DNA of 64,000 nt from Eledone cirrhosa (Eukaryota): the NCBI GenBank assembly GCA_964016885.1, contig OZ024741.1, positions 44,330,001 to 44,394,000 on the forward strand, read 5' to 3'. Below are positions 1 to 12,809 of the stretch, piece by piece. Below the pieces are notes generated by a model that searched no databases, was not told the DNA's origin, and was given only the letters and a program-made list of their open reading frames with translations. Within the stretch, counting starts at the first letter, position 1. Each line of letters opens with the position of its first letter. The position numbers and the translations under genes were made by a program.

Positions 1-178
1 AAGGAAATGTGGTAAGGAACCAGGTGGACCATAACGCACCAAAGTACTCAATACTTAGGGTAGTAGAGTGGGTAATAGGAACGAGTCCAGAATTAGCCGT
101 CGAAACGGGTTGAGCTCAGCCGTCGGGGTCTTACTCGTTCCTATATATATATATAGGAACGAGTAAGACCCCGACGCT
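1..178. repeat. Dispersed repeat (same family as 45661-45857 and, inverted, ~36494-36571) ending in a palindrome centred on (TA)n
   Basis: 1-86 nearly identical to 45662-45747; 121-176 CGTCGGGGTCTTACTCGTTCC(TA)nGGAACGAGTAAGACCCCGACG is an inverted repeat. Confidence 0.85.
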
Positions 179-194
179 CTGGTTTATATATATA

Positions 195-286
<92 letters not shown>

Positions 287-637
287 TTTAGTACAGCATT
301 AACGAAGCTTTATTTCGCGGCCAAGCTAACGAATGCAAATTTGGTCTGTAGCTTTAGCACTCGGATGGGAAAAAGTACCCCAGAGTAATAACAATACGTT
401 TAGACAGCTTAGCAAATCAAATATAGCGATCGGCAGTCCAGCCGCATCACTAGAGCAACGAAAATACAGGACTCAGGAAAATTTATATATATACAAATAT
501 ATTAAAAATTGAGGTTTTTTACAAAATGAAAAATAACGGAGGTGTCCTACACGAGTGAAAGTATAAAGAAAAAAAGATGAAATCGAAAATGCAACTGGAG
601 TCTTATTTTAAAAAGTATATATATATTTATTTGGTTC

Positions 638-673
638 CTTTACCGGTTTCGCAGTTCTTCTGCTTTTCAAAAG
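638..673 (-). ncRNA. Minimal type I hammerhead-like motif, U3-A8 core variant
   Basis: Minus strand: CUU-UUGAAAA-GCAG(AAGAA)CUGC-GAAA-CCGG-UA-AAG, followed by AAAUAAA; palindromic stem III ACCGGU; stem I only 3 bp. Confidence 0.55.
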
Positions 674-765
674 TAGAGTTGAGATGGAGTGTCTATGGTT
701 TTTCTCACATATATATATATTTGTTTTGCGATGTTTTTCATATGAAATCGTGAGTCGAAACAAGT

Positions 766-1200
766 ATTGTTATACTTAGGGAGTGTCATATTGTTGTAAT
801 ATTGCCAGAAATAATGACAGAACACACTCACGTTTTCGTTGGTTTTCGCTTCTGCATCTTTTATATCTCCATAGTTAATTCAATCGGCCATCAATGTTTA
901 TCGTTGACTGACGAACGGTCAAAAATACAGATATAAATATATATATATAGTCTAACAAAGTTCTTTCGTTGCACGTCTGCAACATCATCAGTGCCACTAT
1001 TATCATGTTTCCCCCTATTGTATTGTATTGTTATGTCTACGCCATTTTTATTTTTATCTATCAGTCAATGATAAACATTGATGGCTGAATGAATTAGCTA
1101 TGGAGATATAAAAGATGAAGAAACGAAAACCAACCGAACATTGAGTGTGTTCTGTTATTATTTCTGGCTATATTACAAAAATATGACCCTCCCCAAGTAT

Positions 1201-1207
<7 letters not shown>
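766..1207. repeat. Diverged inverted repeat (~145-bp arms) enclosing an HHR-bearing spacer
   Basis: 766-910 is the approximate reverse complement of 1061-1207; a related copy lies at ~36355-36490. Confidence 0.8.
954..995 (-). ncRNA. Minimal type I hammerhead-like motif
   Basis: Minus strand: GGCA-CUGAUGA-U-GUUGCA(GACG)UGCAAC-GAAA-GAAC-UU-UGUU; perfect 6-bp stem II, weak stems I and III. Confidence 0.55.
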
Positions 1208-1286
<79 letters not shown>

Positions 1287-1679
1287 TTATATATTTATAT
1301 ATTAAAGTATTTTGGGGTTGTTTACCAACACTTCAGTATACAGGTTAGAGCAATCAATGAAGTGCGCAGGGGTCTGTCCACTCTGGAGTAATATAAAAAC
1401 AAGTTCTGTAAGTCAACAGGGTAGAATTAATTTCTTTTATAGGTGATAACAATTATTCAACAGCTATGCCCTCATCATGCAGCTAGGAAGTGGACAGAAA
1501 AAACATGAAAACATAATGGTGGAACAAAGTTTATCTCCGTTATTTAGTTGATATGCCCAGTTCTGAAGTGTGGTGTGTTTTTCTCTAAGAACTGGTGGCA
1601 TGGGATTTAGAATGAACGAATCGAAGCATCTGAAGAATATATCTTCCCCTCATTGGTCAGATACTATCTCAACACTCTA

Positions 1680-1738
1680 GCTGCCGGCGGAGTTCATGGC
1701 TGTTAAATAAAGGTTAACACCGAAATATATATTGCAGC
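1680..1738 (+). ncRNA. Degenerate hammerhead, paralogue of 2008-2065
   Basis: GCUGC-CGGCGGA-...-GAAA-UAUAUA-UU-GCAGC; stem I intact but core mutated; flanks resemble 1940-2110. Confidence 0.4.
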
Positions 1739-1786
1739 GATTATGAATAAATGAAGTTAATTTTAACCTCTTGACTTACACTTCCC

Positions 1787-1945
<159 letters not shown>

Positions 1946-2007
1946 TCCCAAGGCTCTGATACCATCAACACTATAAACACAGAGGTGGCATATCTAAGAA
2001 CTGACTA

Positions 2008-2065
2008 ACTGCCTGATGAGGTCATAGCCATTCAATGGCTATCATCGAAATATATATATAGCAGT
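2008..2065 (+). ncRNA. Type I hammerhead ribozyme motif followed by AATAAA
   Basis: ACUGC-CUGAUGA-GGUCAUAGCCA(UUCAA)UGGCUAUCAUC-GAAA-UAUAUAUA-UA-GCAGU; canonical core, 5-bp stem I, long stem II. Confidence 0.75.
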
Positions 2066-2110
2066 AAATAAAGGATTATGAGTTCATGCAATTGACTTAT
2101 GTTTCGTCAC

Positions 2111-2141
<31 letters not shown>

Positions 2142-2144
2142 AAA

Positions 2145-2365
2145 AGGTAAACAGAAATAACAACAGAATCGGTACAGTATATGGAAGGAATACATTAGGT
2201 TAACGCTTGAAATAGCAGGAAGAGGGTCTTAACGATTCGGACGCTAGTCCTTCATCAGAAAAAGAATGAGTAATAAGATAGATTGAGGGGCGGGCGGGTT
2301 GGAATTGGAAAAATGTCTTTAGATGAAAAATATCGGGTCCATTCATGTTGACATCTCTTGCCTTA
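2145..2365 (-). mobile_element. 3' fragment of a Penelope-like element with minimal HHR (2227-2260)
   Basis: Minus strand CUGAUGA-A-GGAC(UAGC)GUCC-GAAU-CG-UUA (GAAA mutated); upstream IFHLKT resembles the end of a PLE GIY-YIG domain. Confidence 0.55.
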
Positions 2366-3366
2366 CATATACATACATATATAAACAATCACTATTTCAA
2401 AATAGTGAAAATAAGAATTTGCTTGAAGCCAACATGTTCGTTATGATCCAGTTTGTTTATTATTTAGCAGATGCTATAGCTCATATCAAGATTATTCGCA
2501 TTTGTAAGCATGGAAAAGTGAAAGGACACTGTTTCTAGTGATGAAAGATATCACTAAACTATGTAACTGAAATGTAGTTAAGAGGTCGATCAAAGATTCC
2601 ATTTAGAGCAACGTCGTAAGGAAAATATCACGCGTTCTGGAGGCATGTGAGCGGATGTAACTATAAGTACATGAGAGTCTTTCCACAGCGGTGTTTGTGT
2701 GGATTAAACATACAATTGTCAAAAATCCAAACGAGTGTACACATCACCAAGAATGGGGCTGGAGACGAATAGGGTACCGAATTGATCAGTTGCGTGGTTG
2801 TAAGATTGCATCTCAAACGGAGCTGGGTAAGCAGCATTATTGATGAAGAATTTATCGATGTTTTTACTATTATCATATATTCTGTCAAACTGATTCGACT
2901 TGAGAACCACATTAGAGTTGCACATGTCAATGAAGCCTTCTACTTCACACATCGTTGCGAGTGACGGAGGATCCATCATATATTAACCAAAGACGGCCCC
3001 ACAACAGATTGATTAAAAGATAGCGTGGCTGGAAACATGAATAGCAAATTTGATAGTGAGATAAATCACTCATCACCAAATTGCCGAATGTTTTATCCAG
3101 AGATCAATAGATCGATCGAAAGACAATAAAATGGTGATGTATCTTCACATCTAAATACCATAAATTATATTGCTGTCGAATAAGTTCAGCGATAGAGGTA
3201 ATGGTGTCGAATGTACATGCACACACAAACACACACATACAAACACACACGCAAACACACACATTAACATTTATATATTTATAGTTCTATATATATATGT
3301 TTATATACATACATTTGTTTATATGTATACACATGTACACACATATATATATATACATGCATACAT

Positions 3367-3448
<82 letters not shown>

Positions 3449-3858
3449 GTATGTTGGAATGGTTGCATGTTTCTGATACCTGCCTTAAGTGTATCATTTA
3501 TATGCTTTCAGATAGCAGCAACACTGGCAGAACGTTAGAAATCTATACGAAATTATACAAATTGTACATTTCTTTTTAATGAGGCATTCCATGTGAAGTA
3601 CGACTTTGCGAAGTGTTCGTTGCAAAACATTTTCACTGCTCGTTACACTTTTTAACAAAACTTTCAGCCATGTTGTTTAACCATACAAATGGAAAGTAGA
3701 TTAATATTGAAGCCTTTGGAGGGGAAGTATGAAGGAAATCTACAGCGGCAGCACTTCGCAATATTTGGCATATCGATTGCATAGGCTATAAACATCGAAT
3801 GATTTTAATTCCTAGAGTGTGTTGGAAATTGCCAGCACATAAGTGGTATACATATATG

Positions 3859-3931
<73 letters not shown>

Positions 3932-4025
3932 CTGTGTATGTTTCTGTGTCTATGCTTGTGTATGAACATACATATGCACATATACTTACATGCACAGAGA
4001 CATATAGACGCACATACCCACCGCC

Positions 4026-4100
<75 letters not shown>

Positions 4101-4399
4101 TAGATGTATGTTTGTGTGTGTGTGTTGCTTTAGCGTATCCTCTGGTTAAATACGTCAATAACATACATACCTGTTGCAAAATCAGGCTTCTTCTAGCATT
4201 TTGAAACTGTGTAAAAGGCTATCCTATCGGAAAATCTATTGCAAGTACATTTGCTAATGGAAATAATGTTTAAGAACTTTTACTTATATATGTCAATACT
4301 ACGAAACACCGAAATCCTTACTTTGAACATTAAAAGGGTGTCTATAGTATAGAGTTATAAAAAGAGAAAGTTAAGTAATATATTACTTGGAATGGAATG

Positions 4400-4534
<135 letters not shown>

Positions 4535-4632
4535 TATATATAATATCATATTATATATATATATGTATATATTTACATGTGTATGTATTACGCTTACAAA
4601 TTACATATTGAAACTGCACTAGATTGTTCCTT

Positions 4633-4724
<92 letters not shown>

Positions 4725-5440
4725 CATATTCCCATATATGTATGTTTGTGTGTGTGTGTTTCAGTGTGTGTCGGTGTGTCGGTGTGAGTGTGTATGTGCG
4801 CTTTCTGGGATGCCATTAGATAAATATTCCATGTCATGTTCTGAATATAGACACATTTGTGGCTGAAAGGAAACAAAAAATTTGCAGTTGTCACCATGAA
4901 AGATGGCAGATATATTGTGATAAAAAACATCTGTCAATTGTATACTTCAAAATGTATGCCGAGTTTATTATTATTTTCTCTGCAACTTTTGTAGGACTAA
5001 ATATATCTGAATACTAGTAGAGAATGGTATAACATAACTTAAATATGGTATTCACTTATTTTCTTTAAAAATATAAAATTAGACGTAGTTAATATATAAA
5101 TTCTACATTTTCGTTGAGAGAGTAACGATTTTTTTTTTATCTTTCGTATTCTAGGTCATCCTTGCTTTTTTACCTTCATTTTTTATCGGTTCTGTCCTAA
5201 GAATGTCTCCTTACGTGAGTATTAGCTTGAATGAATTTAGCTAACCATATTGAATCCAGTACATATCTGCTACTTATTTTACCTATCACTGTTTATCGAA
5301 AGTGCAAGTCAGTGGGTAGAATGATAGACACAGAAACAACAACAGCGTACGCACAAACACACAGACAGACACACACAAGGAGACACAGACATATAAATAC
5401 ATACACACACACACACGTAGCTTTTAATATATACACATAT

Positions 5441-6050
5441 ATGGTGGCTGCCAACTCGTTTTCGAGTACGGCCACTACTTTATATCCATGTAGGAGAACC
5501 CCTACCGATGCGCTGAACGAGTGTGACTTTTTAGTCCAGCCAGCAACTTGAAAGCTCTGGTACAAACACTACACTTGTGACAATTTTTGACACATAGTGC
5601 TGGGCCCATGGTACCATGTGACGACAAGTGCAGAGAGATCTCCAGATATAAAGCAATGCCTGTGCTGTGAAGCTTTTATAGTGAGCAAAGGCACTGCACA
5701 AAGCCAATCCCACTCTCTTAACCAAGATGATATTTACCAAAAAGAAGAACAAGTCAACATCATTGGAAACCATCAGGGTTGCAGGTGTTATATCAGAGTT
5801 TTCCTTCTCCTAGAATTATGCCTTGACAAAGGCTAAGGGGTCATCTCTCCCGGTGATTTTGGATGGCCATTGACTCTTAAGAGCTCCTTTGCCCTTTGAC
5901 AGGTTTTGTTTTTAGTCCTGCACGATGTCCAAAGTCACCCTCCTCACCAAGAAACCTTGGTGGGGTTTCCAGTTTAGTTGCCAACGACCCGACCATGGGA
6001 CAGGTTGTACTGGGATACATGTAACCAGTAGCACCAACTGGTGACCTGAC
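5441..6050 (-). mobile_element. Non-autonomous retroposon with RTE-like 5'UTR motif, embedded in (TACA)n/(TA)n
   Basis: Highly similar to 30814-31310; minus strand contains GGAGAAGGAAAACTCTGA, resembling RTE-clade 5'UTRs; no RT ORF. Confidence 0.6.
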
Positions 6051-6177
6051 ATACACATATATACACATATATATACATATATATATATATAAGGGGGTAT
6101 TTAATTTGTTGGAAGTCCGACAAATATAAATGTTTATAACTGATTTAGAACACTCAACACTAACTGCAGTAAATATT

Positions 6178-6752
6178 CAATGATATTAAATAAATGGAAA
6201 CTATATTTATAACACCATATTTATTTTATTATATATATATCTAGTGTACCAAGACAACATTGGTACGCTTTCATCAGATAAAATACAAACTTTGTTTTAT
6301 AAATAGAGACATACCCATGGAAATCATACCTTATCGGTTAGAAATTCACTGGATACTGGAAATATATTAGGGATTATTCAAACTTATGTGTGAATATGCA
6401 AATGAATATGTAAATAAATGAAAAACAACCTTTTATTTAAACGACACTGGAGAAAGAGAGAGAGAAGATATAAGGGGAGAAAGATAAAAAATAGTACGAG
6501 AGAGAGAGAGACGAAATAAACAAGAGAGGATGAATAAAATTCATATGACGTTAATTTGGAGGAAATATATTCTAAGTATATATCTTAATAGTACGTGTAT
6601 TTACGATTATTAGTTGTTTAAAATTCGTTTCTGCTATAAGTAGATAAATAAATAAATAAATAAATAAATAATTATTTATTAATTATAATATAATAAATTT
6701 ATAAATAATAATTTATTTATTTATAAATACATAAATAAATAAATAAATAAAG

Positions 6753-6793
<41 letters not shown>

Positions 6794-7264
6794 TCTACTT
6801 ATAACAGAAAATATATTATAAACGAATTTTAAACAACTAATAATCGTAAATATACGTACTATTAAGATATATACTTAGAATATATTTCCCTCAAATTAAC
6901 GTTATATGAGTTTTATTCATTCTCTCTTGTTTATTTCTTCTCTCTCTGTCTCTCGTACTATTTTTTATCTTTCTCCCCTTATATCTTCTCTCTCTCTTTC
7001 GCCAGTGTCGTTTAAATAAACGGTTGTTTTTCAATTATTTACATATTTATTTGCATATTCACACATAAGTTTGAATAATCAAATGAAATCCAGTGAATTT
7101 CCAGCCGATAAGGTATGATTTTCATGGATATGTCTCTATTTATAAAACAAACTTTGTATTTTATCTGATGAAAACGTACCAATGTTGTCTTGGTACCCTA
7201 CAAACATATATAATAAAATAAATATGGTTTTATAAATATAGTTTCTATTTATTTAATATCATTG
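6178..7264. repeat. ~1.1-kb inverted repeat (~480-bp arms) around (TAAA)n/(TTTA)n; each arm has a decayed HHR
   Basis: 6178-6660 is the approximate reverse complement of 6780-7264; HHR-like motifs at 6224-6283 (-) and 7159-7218 (+): UUUUAU-CUGAUGA...GUACCAA/UUGGUAC...(GAUA or CAAA)-NAUAUA-UA-AUAAAA. Confidence 0.85.
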
Positions 7265-7279
7265 TATATATATATATAT

Positions 7280-8869
7280 CTCGTTGAGGAAGTAAATTTC
7301 CCGTCCGCTGGCATCTAGAATTCTTATATATTTTTATGTGAGCTGATAGAGGACAGTTTAAGGATTTACAGAAACCCAAGAAGCTAGATTTAACATCCTT
7401 CTAGCGGGTCCGGGTATGCTTTTTACATTCATTTGATTTATTGATTTATTAATTTTTTATCTGAGTGTCCCGAATCTTCCAGATCGCAACTTTTCGGTCG
7501 TACGGTTGATTATAGACTTGTTCTATGTGTGACGGTATTTTAACGATAGTTATAGCTCTGATTTATCTAAATTATTGAGCCCTCTGCCGCTCATATCGAA
7601 TTTTGTTTATCGTGAACTCGTGCGCTGATTTTTCGATACTCGATTATTCTACTATATTTAGCTCTAGACCTAGCTATTGACCAGTTAATTTTATTGTTCA
7701 TTTTTTGTCAATTCTATTAAATGATGAATAGCTCCTGTTTATTTTAACATGTCTATTGAGCACTCTTATTCGATATGTGTATTTCCACATTTTCCCGAAT
7801 ATTTTTCGCGGATATAGAGGTTATCTCCCTTGCCGAATTCCATATGCGTATTTAGCCTGGGTTATGCCTTTTCATTCGTTTGGACAAAGCTCGTTGAGGA
7901 AGTAAATTTCCTGTCCGCTGGCATCTAGAAGTCTTATATATTTTTATGTGAGCTGATAGAGGACAGTTTAAGGATTTACAGAAACCCAAGAAGCTAGATT
8001 TAACATCTTTCTAGCGGGTCCGGGTATGCTTTTTACATTCATTTGATTTATTGATTTATTGATTTTTTATCTGAGTGTCCCGAATCTTCCAGATCGCAAC
8101 TTTTCGGTCGTACGGTTGATTATAGACTTGATCTATGTGTGACGGTATTTTAACGATAGTTATAGCTCTGATTTATCTAAATTATTGAGCCCTCTGCCGC
8201 TCATATCGAATTTTGTTTATCGTGAACTCGTGCGCCGATTTTTCGATACTCGATTATTCTACTATATTTAGCTCTAGACCTAGCTATTGACCAGTTAATT
8301 TTATTGTTCATTTTTTGTCGATTCTATTAAATGATGAATAGCTCCTGTTTATTTTAACATGTCTATTGAGCACTCTTATTCGATATGTGTATTTCCACAT
8401 TTTCCCGAATATTTTTCGCGGATATAGAGGTTATCTCCCTTGCCGAATTCCATGTGCGTATTTAGCCTGGGTTATGCCTTTTCATTCGTTTGGACAAAGC
8501 TCGTTGAGGAAGTAAATTTCCCGTCCGCTGGCATCTAGAAGTCTTATATATTTTTATGTGAGCTGATAGAGGACAGTTTAAGGATTTACAGAAACTCAAG
8601 AAGCTAGATTTAACATCTTTCTAGCGGGTCCGGGTATGCTTTTTACATTCATTTGATTTATTGATTTATTAATTTTTTATCTGAGTGTCCCGAATCTTCC
8701 AGATCGCAACTTTTCGGTCGTATGGTTGATTATAGACTTGTTCTATGTGTGACGGTATTTTAACGATAGTTATCGCTCTGATTTATCTAGATTATTGAGC
8801 CCTCTGCCGCTCATATCGAATTTTGTTTATCGTGAACTCGTGCGCCGATTTTTCGATACTCGATTATTC

Positions 8870-8877
<8 letters not shown>
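7280..8877 (+). repeat. 610-bp tandem repeat, ~2.6 copies, flanked by (TA)n
   Basis: CTCGTTGAGGAAGTAAATTTC recurs at 7280, 7890 and 8500; units nearly identical. Confidence 0.95.
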
Positions 8878-8927
<50 letters not shown>

Positions 8928-9477
8928 GATGTCCAGTATATGTATATATACTTCTAAAATAGGTCTCTGCTGTTTCCTTTTATTAAATTCTACCATCAAG
9001 ACATTGGTCAATCCGAGGCATTATTAGAAGCCATTTCCCCCGAAGATGACACTTTTATGGGGCAAACATTATACGCCATGCAACTGGATACTAATATTCA
9101 ATTTTTAAATTAAAGAAAAATCCGATTATTTTCATGGTTGATTGTCTACGTTATATTTTATCCAAATTATTTACTAGAACTTATTCTGCATACTGAAGAT
9201 TAGTCAGTCTCTAACTGTTAAAATGTTGAGGAATATATAAGATAGATTTCTACATGTGATTAAAAACGTCTAGTCATCCCATTGAAAGTTAATTAATATC
9301 TGCCATTTAAACTATATTGGTTTATATTTTATATGTATTTGGGATTGTACATTTGGGTATATTTACCATACTAAGTACAATTCCTCCGCCTTGCAAATTA
9401 TTTTTTGTAAATGAATGCCTTAAAATAACATGAGAAATATCGATAGCCGATTGACAAGATCCCAGACCACATTCGCT

Positions 9478-9685
9478 TAACGAGTGGGGTGGGGCTGGCC
9501 AAAAAAGACCATTGGTCTCTCAAATTGCTAAATCTATCTGTCGTCGAAACACCAGACAGAAGGAGCAACGTGAAATTAAGTGTCTTGCTCAACGACATGA
9601 CGCATCGCCCGGTTTGGGAATCAAACACACAACCTCATGATTGCGAATCCAATTCTCTAACCACTCAGGCAGGCAGCTTCACGTG
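9478..9685 (-). mobile_element. tRNA-derived SINE fragment
   Basis: Minus strand has A/B-box-like head (TGAGTGGTTAGAG...GTTTGATTCCC) followed by a TTGAGCAAGACACTTAA core. Confidence 0.55.
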
Positions 9686-10129
9686 AGAAATGTATATCCG
9701 TATTTGGATAAAAGAATGACATCTGTGTAAGCCATAATGAGTCATTGGTGAAATATCAATTATATCAATAATGTCATTGTTTTTAAATGTATATTAGATT
9801 ATTTCTGTTAACTCAATCCTATAAATATATGTAGAAGAGATGTTCTGAGTGTTTTTTTTCTTTTCTTTTTTGCTGTATTTCATGCATTTTAAACATATGT
9901 AGAATATATTTGAAGCGTATAGGATTTACCTGCAATATTTCCTAAATAAAACATGTTCCATCTATTGAGCTGGGTGTATATGGCATAATGTGTGTAATGT
10001 GCCGTTACTCATGAGGGAATCGTAGAAGCACCATATTGATATACTGCATTTCAAGAGCATTTTAAATACCCGGAGAAGCCCAATAATTTCAAGGTCTGAA
10101 TACAGCAGATTTCCTCCAGAAAAGGATAG

Positions 10130-10295
10130 AAAGAGTGCAAGAATTGAAGTGAGAGAGAGGATCGACTTGAATGGATGAAACGTAACGTTGACCTCGCCGA
10201 GATTTGAACTCAGAGGGCAGAGTGCGGATACGATTACCGCAAAACATTCTATCCAAAATTCCAACGATATTGCCATTTCACAGCATATGGCAACA
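10130..10295 (-). mobile_element. Octopus-type SINE fragment
   Basis: GACCTCGCCGAGATTTGAACTCAGA motif shared with many copies in this window. Confidence 0.55.
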
Positions 10296-11021
10296 TACTT
10301 TATTCATAAGATATGTTATGTTTTTCACAACAGAGCAAACACATGAGTGGACCAATCTGTAGCTTGATAACGATGCTAAGATTTGGAGATATATATATAA
10401 GATTTGGATTGATTTCACATAGCGGTACTAATCCAATGAGGCGCTTCAAACTTCCTCTCCGCGAATTCACAGTGGACCGATACAGCTGCATCAATAGCTT
10501 TTATAGCTTTAGCTAATGTAGAATAGACAAAATGAGAAACGGATTCAAAGAACAAGAGCTACTTTCCATAAGATGTGACATCATAATTGAAGAAAACACA
10601 AGGTACCTACTGAAGTTATGTAAAGCAAACTGACGACAGCTGCAAAAATAAAGCATTATAAATCTACCTAAAACGTGTATATTTGTGCAAGTGGAGAAAT
10701 GATAAAAGGTGAATATATTTTACCTCAACTACCAGATAATAATAACAGAAGGAAGAGAGCAAAAACAAATAAAACATGACGTTTACAACAGAACAGGTCA
10801 GTAAAGGAAGTGGGGTTCTTTTATACGAAATACACTATTATGTTGTTCTTTCCTTTCGCCTCGAGGAGAAAAGACAAACATCTCTTGTGACATTCATCTT
10901 TATTGGACCCTTCCTGTTTTAGCAATCAATCTAAACTATAATAAAGTAAGAAGCGCGGGACTGCGTACGGTTTATACTTGTTTATCCCCTTAGTAAAATA
11001 AGTTGGATTACTTTGAATAAA

Positions 11022-11140
11022 TAATTGTTTCTACTTTTGGCACAAGGCCAGCAATTACCCAGTGTATTAATGTTACTTTATTTTATCGACCCCGTAAGGA
11101 TGAAAGGCAAAGTTAACCTCGGCGGGATTTGAACTCAGAT
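11022..11140 (-). mobile_element. Octopus-type SINE fragment
   Basis: GGCACAAGGCCAGCAATT...TTTTATCGACCCC...AAAGGCAAAGTTAACCTCGGCGGGATTTGAACTCAGA. Confidence 0.7.
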
Positions 11141-11331
11141 TACTTTGAAGAAATAATGAATGAATATTACATAATTTATCTACTAAATTTCGTGGTTGTT
11201 CATTAAATATATTGTATTACTTATTTAAAGATTCACTTCTTTAAAATTTTCAAATGTCAACACTTCCGGTTAGCGATCGTTTAAATAAATATTCATATAT
11301 TTCTGTCATTAATTTTTTCCTAATGCAGTTT

Positions 11332-11705
11332 ATATATAAAATCGTCTTTTTTTTTATGTATCATGGATTACGTTACTGATTACACAAGACAGTGTAACAC
11401 AGTTTTCGTTCAATTTCTGTGTATATTGTCAATTACGATTTTATTTGATCATATCTACATGCATATATACTTGCGTATAATATCAATATACACACTACAC
11501 ATGCTAGCACATATATAATATCGTCTTTTTTTTATGTATCATGGATTACATTACTGATTAGAGAAGACAGTGTAACACAGTCTTCGTTCAATTTCTGTGT
11601 ATATTGTCAATTACGGTTTTATATGATGTATCATATCTACATGCATATAATATCAATATACACACTATTGCGTATAATATCAATATACACACTACACAAG
11701 CTAGC
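11332..11705. repeat. Local tandem duplication (~180 bp, 2 copies)
   Basis: ATCGTCTTTTTTTTATGTATCATGGATTAC recurs at ~11341 and ~11520. Confidence 0.8.
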
Positions 11706-12296
11706 AGAAAACCAACCGAATGGTGCTTTTTCTGCTAGTTATATTTTAAAACGCACAAAATGTTACCATTTTCGTTTAAAACATGGAAAGTATTGCGTTT
11801 TCTGACAGTGAGTGTTAGAGGGATTTTTATACCAACTCTTTAAAAATCTTTTATTTTCATTACATTCTTAGATCCAATGTTATAGCATTCAACTAATCTC
11901 CTTATTTTCGTATCTTCTAAATGGATGAATATTAATGTTATTTGTATTTTAACATTGATCCACTGACTTATTCCACCATTGTACAACATTCTACACTCGA
12001 TGCTAGAAACAATTTGGTCTCAGTCTCCTTTGTGAAATAGAATGAGAATAGAGGACTTCTCCCCATCGTTGACTGGATTATTGCTGGTATTATTCCTTTC
12101 ACCTGAATGGAGTAAAACAATGCGCCCTTCGGACGATCCATCAACCGAGAGATCATATGATGGAGATCCGAGCACCACTAGCAGGCCTTAAATCCATTAT
12201 AGATGTAGGGTGTATGAAACAATAGTTTATATTATTTAGTTTAAGATCGTTAATCTCTACATTTAATACAAATGTATATACACGTAAAAACATTTA

Positions 12297-12380
<84 letters not shown>

Positions 12381-12399
12381 TGTCTATTTTCTGACGAAC

Positions 12400-12800
12400 C
12401 GTAAACTACTCAGAGAGCTAAAAGGGGGCATAGTATAACCTACTCATAAAGGGGGAAGCAGAACAAAGGTGACAATCTACAAGACAGTCTCCCTGACCTC
12501 ACATATCAGTAAAGTCAGCAGAAAGTAACTGATATCGTTCCTCGAGGGAAATGACCACCTATCTATCACCAGGACTGAAAGAAGCTGCAATACACAGCTT
12601 TTCAACACTACGAGTGGGTACTGATACAGCTGCTAGACAGCTCAAATGTGAACGTGATATATCTTAACTTTGCGAAGGCCTTCGAAAAGATCGACCATGA
12701 AATGGTATGTCATAAACTCGTCGCAGTTGGAAAATTAGGTGAGTGGCTGCAAAAGACGTGACAGGTGGTTGCAGCAAAAGGGACCCTCTCAAAGGAACAT
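12400..12800 (+). pseudogene. Degenerate CR1-group LINE reverse transcriptase fragment
   Basis: Translates across stops/frameshifts to PTHKGGSR..YKTVSLTSHISKV and NVIYLNFAKAFEKIDH (cf. YRPVSLTS, YLDFAKAFDKVDH). Confidence 0.75.
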
Positions 12801-12809
12801 ATGTATATA

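Noticed and set aside
7343-7385. CTGATAGA...GAAA in the 610-bp unit as a hammerhead
   Set aside because: Core has an extra base and stems I-III cannot be formed
11332-11705. 180-bp duplication as another HHR repeat
   Set aside because: No hammerhead core on either strand
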